64,000 nucleotides of DNA from Camelus dromedarius (taxonomy: Eukaryota), in NCBI RefSeq assembly GCF_036321535.1, contig NC_087438.1:3722001-3786000 (forward strand), given 5' to 3'. The notes below the pieces were generated by a model. It saw only the letters and a program-made list of their open reading frames with translations, searched no databases and had not been told where the DNA came from. A program made the translations under genes and the position numbers. Shown here piece after piece: positions 23,869 through 38,016 of this stretch (position 1 is its first letter; each line of letters opens with the position of its first letter).

Positions 23869-25949
23869 TAACCCAGCGATAACTTATATTCTTTTGCTAC
23901 TTTATAGTGATATTCCTATACTCCTCCTATATGTGAAGAAGCTAAAATGAGATAAACACCAGAAAGGATAGTGATATCCGTGATTATCTTCCCTCCAACA
24001 AAACTGGGATCCAGTACAGTTTAGTAGTTGAAGACTTATGATGCACCTTTCCTCATCAAAAGGCCAAGTGGATGTGGGTGCAATCAGAAGGGCTGGAGCC
24101 CAGAGAGTGGAAGTGAGGGGGTGTTCAGAAGACTGCAGTTTTATTTAAAGTGCTCATTGTCTGCAGCACAGTTATGAGCCTCCCAGCTGATCTCCCATGG
24201 GAAGGTGTGTCTGGCTTGCTGAAATTAGTGGAGGGGGTTGTTAAAAAAATAAAACCTCAAACAACTATCTGATGTGGCCTTGCAGGGTTTTATTCACATG
24301 CTAGGTGATCAGTGGACAGTTCCTAATTGGCCTAAAATATCCAGATAAGAGAAGGATAAACTGGAGACAGCATTCATGTCAGGCTGTGAAGGTCAGATCA
24401 CAGAAAACATTCATGCAAAAACAGAGGAGGATAGCAAGGAGTGAGCAAGTGGAATACCATGTACACATGGGACTTCATGCTCTGCTCTCTGCTGACCTTT
24501 TTACTTCATTTCCTACTGGTTTCCCAGAGGCATCTGGAGTTCCAAACATCCTAAAATTTGGGATTTCTTCCTATGAATAGAGTTTGCTCTTACTAGTTAG
24601 ATGGAAATTTCCTATCTGTTTTATTGTATTGCCATTACAAGGGATAAATAGGTCACCAAGCTTTGCCCACACTTACTAAGTTTTCACCCTGTGCTTCTGG
24701 CATCCTTCTAATGTGATTATTGTGCAAAGATCCAGACAAATTACTGTGTCCTCTAAAGCTCCTTGTGTTGTGCTTGCCAGCCACATGCCAAGAAGCAACA
24801 CCTTCTATCACAAATGACATTATCCAGTGTCACATTTCGCCTTGTCTCTGAAGACACAGTGGTTGAGTATCTGCTTCATCATGGGGAAGATAAGAGCCAG
24901 GCCACCATGTCCTGTTACCATGCTCACTGCAGGGTGCTTTCAGATGCATGAGGGGCCATGCAGATGGTTGGAATCTCAGGGCCAGCCAGGGGATGTCCAG
25001 GTGGTGTGTCATGTCCATTGGCTGCATCTCAGACTTTTGGTACTAAGCACAGAGTGATGCTGAGAGCAGGCAGGCAAAGCCATCTGTGTGAATTCTGCTT
25101 CCAGCAGCTTGCAAGGCATGGGTAGCTAAGTGTGATTGGGGGTGGGGGGGTCCTTCTCCACAGAGACCTTATCCTGCCAAAGAAGGGGGGTGGATATTTT
25201 GGTGGTAGGACTGTAATTAAGCAGACATTTACATGGTTGTTGGAGGAGTAGGCCTTGGGAACTTAGCTGGCTTCCCTCTCTATGGACCCTGACCTTCACT
25301 TGTCCCATGGGCTCCAGGTCTGCATGCTTCTTTCTGGCCATGACCCTGGTGAGCAAGTGGAGCTGAGTGATGCCAGCTGGGCAGCTCTTTGGGCATACAG
25401 ACTTCTGTCCAGCTCTCTCCTCACCCCGGGCAGGTGAGGGAGCATGGTTGTCCAACTCTCAGATTGTAGAAGGACCTGTCTTGGTTCTGTTCCTTCCTGG
25501 CTGTGTCACCCTGGACAAATTAACCTCTCAAGTTTTCTGTTTCCTCACCTGCCATCTGAGAATAATTCTACCACTATCTTGGTCATGGTACAGGGGTAAT
25601 AAGGTGACCCATGTAGAGATGCTTATCCATCATTTACTATTAAAGAAATGTTGTGTCCTTCAACTGTCCTTCATCTGCTACTCACTGTTCCTTTCTCACT
25701 GTCCAGTGGACTATTTTTTAACCTATGTAAAGAAAGCTCTAATACCTGGCTGTTTAACCTTACTCAATTCTCATCCTTCTTGACAGTAGCTACCTCAAAT
25801 GCAAGACGCCCCTCGCCCAAATAATTAATCCCCGAATGTCAATTCAGTGTAACCGCTGAAATGCAAATTACTACTTTTACCAGCTTGCAGTTTCAATCAC
25901 ATCAGTGTTTTTTTTCCCCTTTTGAATTAGAGAAGCTCAAAAAGAACAC

Positions 25950-26115
25950 ATTTTCACCACACAAAAATAAATGGTAATTATGTGGCATGGTGGGAGGGTT
26001 AGCTAACACTATAGTGTAATCATTTTGCAATATGTAAACGTATCAAATCAACATATTGTACACTTTAAACTTACACAATGCTATATGTCACTTCTATCTC
26101 CATGAAGCTGGGAAA
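25950..26115 (+). mobile_element. LINE-1 (L1MA-type) extreme 3' end
   Basis: CACCACACAAAAA...ATCAAATCAACATATTGTACACTTTAAACTTACACAATG...TATCTCCATGAAGCTGG. Confidence 0.8.
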
Positions 26116-26503
26116 ACACATTTCTGACTATTGCTCGCAAGTCTTCTTTGAACGAAAATTAAAAAAAGATTCTCAATAGACTAAAGAAGGAATTCAGAGA
26201 ATAGTGGATTCTTAAAACGGAAAGAGATCCAATAGGCCACATGGTTTACTGTCCAGGAGAAGCAGGAATCCTCGAGGCCACGGGTCTTGATCTTGTCTGG
26301 ATGTGAGAATCACCAGGGAAACCGTTAGAAATCCCAGTGCCCAGGCTGTACCCCAGACCCGCTAAATCAGAGCAGCAGTATTTTATGACTCAGATGGTCC
26401 CTGGCAATTTAGAGATGTCTCTGTGGATAGTGACTCCATCCTTGACGCAGGATTCCACTGGTGAGCAACTCACCACCTTGTGAGTTTGCTGATTACTTGA
26501 TTA

Positions 26504-26860
26504 GTATCTTAGCTTGGGCTTTTATAACAAAACATCATAAGCTGGGTGACTTACAATCGGCAGACATTCAGTTCTCACACTTCTGGAGGCAAAAAGCCAG
26601 AGATCAGGGTGCCAGCACTGTCGGGTTCTGGTGAGAGCTCTCTTCCAGGAAGTCAGCTGCCTTTCCACTGCGTCCTCACATGGTGGAAAGAACGCTAGCT
26701 CACTCTCTGGCCTCGTCTTATAAAGGGAACTGACCTCATTCATGAGGGCTCCACCCTCACGACCTACTTACTTCCCAAAGGCTCCACTTCCAAAGACCAT
26801 CACACTGAAGATTAGAATTCAACATGTGAATTTGGGGAGGACACATTCAGCCCGAAACAG
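26504..26860 (-). mobile_element. MaLR LTR (MLT1A-type)
   Basis: TATCTTAGCTTGGGCTTTTATAACAAAA...ATGAGGGCTCCACCCTCACGACCTA...AACATGTGAATTTGGGGAGGACACATTCAG. Confidence 0.88.
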
Positions 26861-28007
26861 TCAACAAACCACAGAGATTACTGGTGCGTGGGGAGGCATG
26901 CAGTCAATACACCGGGTGAGTTGCACCGAGAGGTCACCCCCTGGCTCTGGCCAGTTGGAAATGCAGACTAAGCGTTGCCAGATATTTTGCTTATGGAGAA
27001 AATCCGGAAATGCAGATGTTAATGCCCTTGGTTTTAAATATGTGCAAGTAATTGAAAGATTAAAAGCTCAGGGTGAGAAAAATGCACTTTGCTCACTGGT
27101 TGTTGAGTTTGTAACCTCAGCTCTGCAAGACTGAGTGTCCCGCTAAGAAATCCCGGGACAGCGAGGGCCCTGGTGCTGTCTGCAGAAAAGATGGCTGGGG
27201 AGGGTGGTGTACACAAGGACGATGGAGTGAAGATGCTGGAAATGGAGTCAGGAGGAGAGAGAACCACCAGGCCCCGAGAGTGGAGGAAAAGGGTTGCTGA
27301 CACGTGCCAACCTTTGCACTCTTTTGGTGTGTCTATGTTTTCCCTCCTTGCCAATGACATCTGATTGGAAAGACTAAAACACTTACTACCAAAAATCCTA
27401 CTGTGACGTCCCCCTTGCTCTGATCCCCCAGAGCCACCACACACTAAGGAAACTGGAGGTTCCCCATGATCATAGGAAAGGCAGATGCCTTCCACTTATG
27501 CTGACCTGGGAGGGGGCTTGTGGGCTGCGATTTGAGGTGGGAGTGGGAGGCAGGAGGGGACCTGGAGGACAGGAATGGACCATAGTCAGTTGGTGTTTGA
27601 AGTTCTTCAACCAGAGGTCACTTCCTTTGGCTCATCTAGAGGGGTCTCCGGTCTGGACTCTGAGAATGCCAATGATTCAGAACATTAATCCTTCCCAGGT
27701 TAAAAAGGAGAGTAAGATTGGGGCAGAGCTGAATGCTGGCTTTGTCATAGGTGTGCAGGTAACAGCGCCGGGGGTGGCCACAGAACTCGGGAAAGTGATG
27801 TCACCAGGAGAGCGGGAGAGCCCCAAAGCCGGTGTCCAAGGACCAAAGGGGGGAGAAAAGCCTAGGGGGTCGTCTGGCATCAGAGGTGGGAGGAGGAGGT
27901 CAGAGGTTGGGCAGTCGGGAGAGGCCACACATGCATAAGTGGCCATTGGTTTGGCTATTCCTGGGGCATCTTAAATACTCAACAGTTAAAGTCAAAACGT
28001 TAATCCT

Positions 28008-28100
28008 TGAGGGGCAGAGACGTGCCGAGCAAACACGAGGTCCTGGGTTCAATGCCCAGTACTTCCATTAAAAAAAAACAATTATTTACCACCCCCCAAT
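28008..28100 (+). mobile_element. Partial vic-1-type SINE
   Basis: GAGGTCCTGGGTTCAATGCCCAGTACTTCCATTAAAA, the B box and tail. Confidence 0.75.
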
Positions 28101-30389
28101 ATACAGTGCTGTATGCCAATCATATCTCAATAAAACTGGAAGGGAATAAAAGGTTAATTCTCATCTTTTTCTCAAAAAAGAATTTGATTCTTTTACTGAG
28201 AGCAGATTAAACAGGAAATGGGCAGAGGGAAGATTTAAAACAAAAAAAATGGTGGAAGGAAAGGACGTGGAAAAGATGTAGGTTGGGGACCTTGAAGGTG
28301 AAGGAGAAACATTCCCTTTTCTGCTGTTTTCCGATCTCAGTCCAAGAACCAGTTTTCAAGTCAGGTTGGGCTGTGTCGATGACCGCCGGGACAAAGATCT
28401 CTAGTGCCCACTAAAACAGCAATAACGTCTTTAATGTGCTGTGTCCTGTTCTGGAAGAATTGGTGGTAAAGACGGTTTTAAGCAGACTGAAGAGCTTTGT
28501 AACGGGTAGGATAATTTGAACTAAGAATCACAGAGGAAGCTCTATGCTTGGGTCATTTAGTTGACAACACTCACTGGATAGTGTGCGTGGGAAGCTAATT
28601 TACTCAGATCACCCATCTGACGACAGAGTCACAGTCTCACCTGAGTGCCTGAGGAGCCCTACAATTTGAGAAGCCCTGGATGCTGTGCACAGTGAAGAGC
28701 ACTGGGGACAGTGGGCTTGAAGGAACCGCAGGCCAGTCCCAGAGGAGCCCTGGGTGTTTGGAACTCGGGACAGGTTCAGGTGTGGAGACAGTTTAGGACA
28801 GCTTGATGTTCTGGTCCATGCAGCTTCCCAAAGCGCCAGCTCCCGTGGGGAGGAGGGGATTTATCTCGGCTACAGCCTGGCACAGGCGCTGTTTGTCCAC
28901 TCCCGCTGAGCAAGGTCGACTCCTATCCTTGCTGATACATTTGAGACGAGGCGAGGCTTTGCGGTGTGTGGCTAGGATTCAAATGGACTTGCATGGAAGA
29001 GCTAGAAAAGATTACTGGTGTTTGCCATTGCTTTGACAGTGAGCAGGAAAAATAAGGACCACGTGGAACTCATACTCCCCATGATAGCTTTCATCTGACC
29101 CGCATTTTTCTTTTTTTGGCTCCTTTTCTTTAATTTGGAGAACAGTATGGTTGCTGCCTGCAGAGACATTGCTGGGAGCTCAGGTTTCCAAACAGCATGA
29201 TCATCTAAGGGTACCACTGTGGACACATTTACAACCAACAGCGACGGAGAGTGATGTGTGAATGGTGATTTAATAGTAAACCGACCAAGAGAGGCGGAGG
29301 GGCACGCTTTTGATAGAACAAGACCTTCATTATCTGACTGGTCTCCCTGGAAACTCATAAAGAAGGGAAATTAAAACATATCTTCCCTCCACTCTGGCTA
29401 TCATCCAATAAAAAATATTGCTAATGCTTTGTTTTAGTGCCTGTCTCTCTACATATGATGTGCAAACAGTGAATAAGGTATTGATTTCACTGCAGTGGGT
29501 CCCATTTGCTGTCTTGAGATTCGTACACACAAGATAGAGTCTGACACATTCACAATAAGGGAAAAAGCTTCCAAGGAGAGGAGGATCCCACAGGAAGACC
29601 TGGAGAGGAAGCTGGACAGCTGCTCCCTGGGGTGAAGGACTGAGAGGGGTGTGCCAAGGTGTCCTTGTATCTAGGGCAGGTGCGCTCCCTGGTCCCAGTG
29701 GCTTCTCAGAGACTGAGGCAGCTGCAATGCCATCAGCAATTGGTGTCAAGGGGGCAGTATTGTTCCCTTTCTGGTCGCCTCTCCTTGGCTCCCACCGGAG
29801 CAGTGCACTGACCTTGTATCCATCCATCTCCCAAAAGGCTGCCTCTGGACAAGTCCATGTCAGACAAAGTGACAGATGAAATTGCGCTGAGCACAAGGTG
29901 ATTAACATGACTCGTGAATTCTGTCAACAGCGTGAGCTGGAGTTGAGGAGCCCCATGGTCAGGAACTGGGCTTGTGTGACTCAGACCCCCGACAGGCACG
30001 GCCCAGCAGACTCTGGCTCGGGTGTCCGAGCTCCTCGCTTCTCTGCTCTCCCATCTGTGAAGTGGCGAGAGCAATGACTGTCCTGAGTTATTGAAAGGCA
30101 CAAAGTGGGATAGTGAGCTGTCTGCAAAATACCAGGCTGTGGTTGTTCATAAGAAATGGGAGAGGCTGCTCTTGTTCTCTGCAGGCTAGAGGAGAGGGTG
30201 GTTTACTGCAATGCAGCCCAGGACAGGGAAGGCAGTCACTCACAGACCTCTTTTGAGTGTCCCAGATGTGCCACACACCGGGCTGAACTCCGGGGAGGTG
30301 AACGCAAAGAGGCACGGGCACAGGTGTGAGGGGGCCGCGTGTAGCCAGCAGCACGAGCCGTCTTGGCGGGGGGCAGGGGGGGTGCAGCA

Positions 30390-30790
30390 CATGGTGTCTC
30401 AGGGCTGCCATAGCAAAGGACGACTCACTGGGTGGCTGGAAACAGTGGACATTTATTCTTACACAGTTCTGGGAGTCAGAAGTCCAAGATCAAGGAAGGG
30501 ATTCCTTCTGAAGGCCATGGGGAGAATCTGCCCAGCTTCTGGGGACGTGTTGGCATCCCATGGCTTGCAGATGTGTCCCTCCAGTCTCTGCCTCTGTTGT
30601 CATATGGCTGTCCCCTCTCTGTCTTTTCCTTTTCTGTCCTGTATAAGGACCCTTGTCACAGTGCCCACCCTAGTCCAAGATCATCTCCTCTCACTAGCGT
30701 CACCTCTGTGACATCTGCAGAGGCCCTTATGAGGATAACCTTTTGGGGTTGCAGGTGGGCAGATCTTCTGGGGGGCACCCGACATCTCAC
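30390..30790 (-). mobile_element. MaLR LTR (MLT1 family)
   Basis: GGGCTGCCATAGCAAA...GGGTGGCT...ATTTATTCTTACACAGTTCTGGGAG..AGAAGTCCAAGATCAAGG. Confidence 0.82.
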
Positions 30791-32329
30791 TGCACCTGAG
30801 CACCCTGGAAGCACCAAGCAGATGCTGGTTTCTCAGAAAGGCAGCCTCTCCGTTGAGCTGGAAGTCCCCAGGGTTGGTGGAGACTGGAGAGGGTGGTGAG
30901 CAGGGTGAGGTCAGCAAGGCACATGGAGACAGTGCAGGCCAGGAGGAGAGAGGGAGTGGGCGTGAATCTCCAGCACACCACTCTGGGGAATCTTCGCACT
31001 GCCAGGAATTTTGGGAGATCTTATTTTCTGCTTCTTGGTATTAGATTTGGCTCACATTTTCCTAAGTTTTGGGCATCAGCCTGAAATGGTGGCTTTTGGA
31101 GGCAGGGAAACAAGTTCGTAGCTCAGCCATTCCCGGGATAAGTCCACCGATCTCTGCATTGCAACGAGATTTTCCTGCAAAAACAGGGATCCTTGTACAA
31201 ACACTCAGTCTCTTGGAGGATTACATGAGCTAATGAAGGAGGGGTTGCTGCATGTAACAGTGGCTCATTGTAAAGCGACTTCCTCCCCTCCTCTTGCCTA
31301 CTCTCATAGGTCGACTTTCAGGCAGTCCCTTCTGTTGAACTATAACTTAAACTAAAAAATAACATGTAGGTATTTCCAGGAGAGTGTTTCCTCATAGATA
31401 CAACCTGCTCTGTGCAACCAAGTTCATAATCTTTAGCCTCATCCCATGAACTAATTCCTGAACCACTATTTAGTGAACAATAGATGAAAAGGGTCACAGT
31501 CGCTGGCTGAGAGCCACCTTGTGCACAGGGCTGGGCCCCAGGAGGGAGGCACTGCTGCGATGCTGGGTCTGTGCTTTGGGGGTAGGAGTCCCCTCACTGC
31601 TCATTGTGAGCCCAGGCCTTCCTTCTGTATGGTAGGTAGTTCTACCTCTTACCTATTTTTAGGTCTCATTTTTTTCCCCTTATGATCACATCAACCATGT
31701 GTCTTGTATTTGATTTGGGGAAGAATCCAGGGATGTTCCTTGTATCCATTAGGCATCTGATTGGTGCTGAAAATGGGAGAGGGACGATAGGACCTTTCTC
31801 TGTGGACAGTCCTTACATAAGTTTGGCCTTAAATTGTGCTGATTCTTCCTCACCTGGTCCCCAGCAGTGGCCGCCCTGCCTTTGCCCCGCCCTCCCAGGA
31901 GCAGCGGGGAAAGCATCATAACACAGAACTCTCCTGATGTAACGTCCTGGAGACCCTGCTGCTCAGTTCACACCACTGCCTGGTCATGTGGTGGAGATGG
32001 TGCTTCCCCTACTAGCCCGCGAATGTTTTATACTGGACAGAATCTAAACTCTTTAAACTCTAAGACAAATGTTATTTTGGTTGGAGCTTCATTACAGTGA
32101 AGCATTTTATTCCAGAATTTCTCAGCTGGCCTTGGAACTGCTTAAAAGAACAACACTGAGAGTAATGCTTCAAAATTGCTTATAATCTGGCATCACCCTA
32201 GGGCTCCTAATGACTTGTGTCACCTGGTTTTGTCCTGTTATGGAGCTGTGAGCATGATCTGATGTGACTTGTTCTAAGTTCCACTGACCCTTTAGAAAAT
32301 TCTGATGTTGATTTGTATTCTTTCAAGGT

Positions 32330-33330
32330 CTTTGAAGATTAATACTGCGATTATCAATAACTTTGTCTTTTTTTGAATATAGAAGCCATTCTGATATTGC
32401 AGAAAACAAATTCTCTGACTCTCTGACCAACATAAACATTTAAAATCAATAAATACTACTCAGATAAAATAACTATGCATTAGAAACAACTATTAAAAGT
32501 ATTTTATATATCTCATTGGTCAGAAAAGGATGAAACCTAATGAAACTAAAGACATTTGGAACCAAAGTGTAATGGAAACGTATGTGCTAAAACTTTAAAG
32601 ATGCAGTTTAGAGAATTCTTCCAGGGAATTTTATTATCTCAAATCTATAGATCATAAAAGAAGAAAGATTAAAAATTAATGAGCCAAGCATTGAACTTCA
32701 ATTAGAAGAAACAATTAATGGAATAAATTAATGGAAAGAAATAAAACATAAGACAAGAAATTAGTGAAATATACAATAAATAACCTTCAAGAATGTCAAC
32801 AACAACCATAATAAATCTGGTGCTTTACAAAGAATGTTTGAACATTAACTAATCTTGGGAAAAGTCAATCAAGACAAAGAAAATATAAATTAATATTGAG
32901 GGTAAAATGGGGACAGAAAGAGCAAAGTTTAAAAATTATAAGCCAATATCAACAGAAAACATTTTGCTATTGGCAAAAAAGCCCCACAAAAACAAAAAAA
33001 CCAAATTGACACAAGAAGATATAAAAACCTATATAAGCCCTGAATTAATTCTCAGAACTACCCACAGGAATGTATCTGGGACAGCTGACTTTCCTGGCAA
33101 TTTTACCAAACCTTCATGAGTTAGATAACTCCTATAATTTTCAAACTGTTCCAGAGCATTAAAAGAGTGGAAAATGTCTCAACAACATTTATAAATCTAA
33201 GACAGCCTTGTTCCTAAATGAAACATGGGGCGTCTAGACAAGGAAAAGTAAAGGCTAGAGTCACCAAGGATCATAGATGTAAATGTCTTAAATGATACAT
33301 TAGAAAATCAAATTCAGTAATGAATAAATG
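32330..33330 (+). mobile_element. Highly degenerate old LINE-1 ORF2 remnant
   Basis: A-rich sequence with ORF2-like segments (TTTACCAAACCTTCA...TTCAAACTGTTCCAGAG; KLTQEDI). Confidence 0.6.
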
Positions 33331-33694
33331 TAAAATGATAAAATAAAATATATAAAAATTTAAAAAAAGTATGTATGTGTATACTCAGACACACACACAT
33401 ATGTATTTATCCATATATGTCTCTATATATCCCAGTAGAGTATATTACAGAAGAAGTATGGTGAACATTATAGACATTTTAAAGTATCTAATGTTAGAAA
33501 GTTGTGGTTATGCTATTACAAATAAATACATGTTTTAAAACTACATAAATTTCTATCAATAAAGGTTTCACTAAAGATATTGAGATATAACCATGTGATG
33601 GCATTTTTATGGAAAAGTTAAGATGAATAATTTATATCCACATATATCAATGTGGATTTATTTTTAAAAATAGAATTAAAAAAATACTGTTTTT

Positions 33695-34240
33695 GGGAAA
33701 TAGTATGAAGTTTCCTCAAAAAATTAAAACTAGAACTACCATGAGATCCAGCAATTCCACTTCCTGCTATTTATTCTAAGGAAACTAAATCATTAACTTA
33801 AAAAGATATCTACACCCCATATTCATTGCAGCATTATTTACAATAGTCAAGATATAGAAACAACCTAAGTGTCTGTCAACGTATGAATGGATAAAGAAGA
33901 TGTGTGATGTATACACACACGCACCAGCACATACACAGTCACACACACACACCAACACACACATGGTCACACACACACACACACACACAGGAGTATTATT
34001 TAGTCATTAGAAAGGAAAAAATCCTGTCATTTGTGATAACATGGATGCACCCTGAGGACATTAAGCAAAGTGAAACAAGTCAGACAGAGAAAGACAAATA
34101 CTGTATAATGTCACTTATATACACAGAGTCTAAAAAAAAAGACCCCCCAGAACAAACTCAAAGATACAGAGAACAGATTGAAGTTTGCCAGAAGTGGGAG
34201 GAAGACAGTGAGTAAAATTTTTAATTAAAGACTTTAAAAA
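33695..34240 (+). mobile_element. LINE-1 3' segment with internal (CA)n-like tract
   Basis: TTCCTCAAAAAATTAAAACTAGAACTACC...CCAGCAATTCCACTTC; translation EYYLVIRKEKILSFVITWM. Confidence 0.88.
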
Positions 34241-35044
34241 GAAAAAAGAAATGTTTTTCTGTTCTATTTGAATAGAAAAACATTGCAGAAGAACACATTC
34301 AGAATTTTGCTATTCATGTAAATCTAATGACACACAAGATCACTCTTATTATCTATGTACATGAAAATATAAAATTAAAAATTAAAATGTCATTAATAAT
34401 AATATAAGTTCCAGAGTAGTAGTGACTTTTACAAATGGAATCAGAAAACAATTGTGAAAGCTAGTATCAAATATATTGATTAAAAAGCCTTAAACAATTA
34501 CGGTTACTAGTCAATATTTCTTAACAGAATAATGTGTAAGTGGGTGTTTGCTATCTTTTTTTCTATTTTTTGTATACTTAAAATATTCCAATATTAAAAA
34601 AGAGAGAGAAATGCTAAAAGTTTCCATATATTCGAGTTAACTTTTTTTGTTTTGTTTTGTGATAGCACAATCGTTAGGCTGCAGTTGCAAATCCTCAGTC
34701 ATGCTGGCAGTTGTCCTTGGGATCTAGAAATGTCTGAAAGTGGCTCAGCAGTGGTTCCTCCCAGGCATGTCGCTGTCATGTGGTGTCCTCCTTCCCAGCT
34801 GTGGGTAGAGGAGACTCATCCTGATGGGGTGGCTGAGTTCATGATGCTGCCAGCACCAGGCGGAGAAATGAACCTACTTTGGATGTAGAGTGTATATTCT
34901 GTGTGTCATGTGCCCCAGCCTCCTTCCCTCACCTTCAAATGCTGCCCTCAGGAAAGATCTAGACTAAGATCAGAGCTGGTAGGTTTGAATCCCTGCCCTG
35001 CTTCCCGGTCTCACGTCTACTTCCTGGCACTGTGATATTGTCCT

Positions 35045-35705
35045 TGGAACTGGAACCCTTGTGCACGGCTGGTGGGAACGTAAATAGGTGCAGCCACTGT
35101 GGAAAACAGTATGGAGGTTCCTCAAAAAATTAAAAATGGAGCTACCAGATGATTCAGTAACTCCACTTCTGGGTCTCTATCCAAAAGAACTGAAATCAGG
35201 ATCTGGAAGAGATATTGGCACTCTCATGTCCATTACAGCATTATTCATGCAAGTTGAGATGTGGAAACAACCTAAACGTCCACCCACAGATAGATGAATA
35301 AGGAAGATGTGGTCTATACATACCATGGAATACGAAGTCAGCCTTCAAAAGGAAGAAATTGCTTCAATATGGGAGAACATAGATGAATCTTGAAGACATT
35401 GTGCTAAATGAAATGAACCAGTTACAAAAAGACAAATACTGCACGATTCCACTTAAATGAAATACCTAAAATAGTCATATTCACAGAATCGAAGAGTAGA
35501 ATGGTGGTTGCCAAGGGCTGGGCAGGGGCGAAATGGGGAGTTACTAACCAAGGGGCATAAAGTTAAGCAAGATGAGTAAGATCTGGAGACTTGCGGTCCA
35601 ACATTGTGCCCGTGGTCAACACCACAGCGTAGTACACTTAAAAATGTGGGTGTAGATCTCTTGTCAAGTGTTCTTACCACAATACAATTAAAAAAAAAAA
35701 AAAAA
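35045..35705 (+). mobile_element. LINE-1 (L1MA-type) 3' segment with poly(A)
   Basis: Translation [20 protein letters not shown]..., then L1MA 3' UTR and an A-tail at ~35690-35705. Confidence 0.92.
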
Positions 35706-36499
35706 GAAGACTTGAAGGAAATGAGAAGGAGTTGGGGGTGGAGCGTGGAGACTTCAGGCTGCAGAGTCTTTTCCAAGAATCTCTCTCTTTAATTAAATCT
35801 CTCTCTTGTCATTTTTTTCTCTATTTCATTTATAATGACCTGAGGACCCCAGCACAACCCTCTGGCCTTTGATTTGTGTAATTTAAAACAGACAGACACA
35901 TAAACAAACACATCTACGTCCTGGTTGTCTGGGAGACTTTCTGCAGAGATTTCCATGTTTCTAAACTGAGCAGGAGTCCATACTGACAAGTTGTCACAAT
36001 TACGGTTGATAGGACAGAAGTTATTTTTAAAATATAATTAAAAATATTTATTTTCCAGTTTTGATGCAAAGTTTCTGGAGACCATGAGGAAAATTATCTT
36101 GTCAGTTGGAAATGAGTCACTTATTTTTTGAGAAGATGGATGGAAGTCTATCCCACACCTCGAATAGGACAGAATTTTAGCAAGTGACAAGAGGAATGAA
36201 CTGAAACAATCCATTTGGACTCTTGGGTAATTATCAAGCCATTTATTGATGACTCAGTGCTGTGTGTGGGCAGATATTGATTTTTTTATGAAGCAATTGT
36301 GTCCTGCTGGTCATTTTAATTTTGTTGTCTCAGTGGTTCAGAACATCATTCCCTCTTTCACTCTTGTGATTATTAGACTATCAAGTGTTAAGCTCAGTCA
36401 AACTTAAGATAAGTTGTAAAACCAATTGCAAAATCAAAAGCTGTGTTTTGCTTCTAAAGGGAATGATGACAACTAAACGTGGATTAACTTCACATCCAG

Positions 36500-38016
36500 G
36501 GGCTTAGTTGTGCTCCTTAAAAGTGGAGTTCAAAACAGGGATTTGGGTGCTCTTGATTTATGGAGGGAGAGCTCTGCAGGAAAATCTGGAAGGAAGGGAG
36601 CAAAGCAGGATAAGGAAGGAGAGACAGCCCACCAAGCGTGTGGTCACAGGCAAAGTCTATGTTTGGTCTGATCTTGAGGATGAGGGGTGTTCTGAAGCAT
36701 AAATCAACTCCTGATTTGTACCCCCTTGAGTCAAGGGTGCAGATCTGTTCCCTCATGTTAGTCATGCATTGGTTAAGGGCTGCATCCAGGAGGGGTCTGT
36801 GTAACTTCCCAGGTACAGCAGCTCCTGTCAGCAGAGAACACATCTTCAGGGAAGGGGGAAGCGGCCAACACTCAGCAGCTGGGGGATGGGAGTGCCAGCC
36901 TAGTTAAGGGGATCTGCATGGGGCGCCATATTGCCTCTGACAATCCACCCCATGCAGTGCTTAAATCCACTGTCTCCCACGTTAACTTCACTCTACTCTT
37001 GAGTCTGTGATCACAAGGCTCAGGGAAAATTACAAGAGTTAGGTTGGTGGAGAAGTTGCACTCACTGCTGTCCCGGATGGCCCTGGCTGAAAATTCTTCC
37101 CTCTTCTCGTACCAGCTCTAAATTACTCTCACTGTTAGCTAGGATTTTGGCTGATCCAGGTGGACTGTCTAGTGTGTCGACCCAACCTTCATCCTTGATG
37201 GTTCTGAGATCCTGGGGGATCAAACTCTTATCAGGCTACAGCTGCTGCATTTAGCTATTACTATTTAAACTGTGCACCCAGAAACGCCTTGTGGGTTACC
37301 TAAGAGCACTAGTGTTATAATGACTTCATGGTGGGCAGGGTGAACTACCCCAGGGTCAAGGTAACACATTTCTATGCCTGCCGACTCTACAGCATGAGAA
37401 GTTCAGTGGTCAGGCAACAGCCCTTGCTCACATTGCAGGGTAGCTTCCTGTCTCCTGTTAACAGCATCTCCTCTTGGTGAAAGGAACTCTAGACTCCCAG
37501 TTGAGACTGGCCACAGAGCCAAAAACTGCTGCGACGAGAAATACAGACCCACCAAGCAGGTCACTGGGAGTGGTAGCGGTGGGCTTGCTTCTTCTTCCCC
37601 TTGTTTTCCAGACACAGCAGTTGTACCTCTGAGGACATGGCACCAGCTGTCTGGGGTTCCCAAGAAGCAGAGTCTGAGACAGAGATTCGGGTGCCCACGG
37701 TCATATTGGCAGTGCTCCTCAGGAGAAAAATAACCTGTAAAAGAGAAACTGACTTAGAACAGGAGAGGAGAAATTGAGCAGGGTGTGGTTTCAGGGAACC
37801 ATCCAGGTTTGCCAGGGACGCTTTGGAACCTAAATCACATCACCAGGTTGCCACCCTTTTGATGCAGGGGAATGTCTTATGCCTCCTATCAGTTAGCCAT
37901 CGACTGTGGGCCGTGGGTTTGGGGGACATCCCAGCAGCAGCAGAACTCATGGCAGCTGGTCGGTTGGTATCGCCTGATAAGGGGGACCTGGGTGAGGCAT
38001 CCTGGTGCCTACTATA
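36500..38016 (-). mobile_element. Internally deleted two-LTR ERVL-class provirus (LTR33/LTR16-like LTRs)
   Basis: Homologous LTRs at ~36500-36942 and ~37648-38016. PBS-like TGGTGCCA (minus, 37645-37638) follows the 5' LTR. PPT GGGGTGGAT (minus, 36951-36943) precedes the 3' LTR. Internal remnant resembles the ERVL post-integrase/dUTPase region. Confidence 0.75.

Noticed and set aside
29330..29908. 192-aa minus-strand ORF
   Set aside because: Non-ATG start and no recognisable motif.
33905..33990. His/Thr-repeat peptide or repeat-spacer array
   Set aside because: Degenerate (CA)n microsatellite within an L1 3' segment. No CRISPR-like or other regular repeat-spacer array was seen anywhere in the window.
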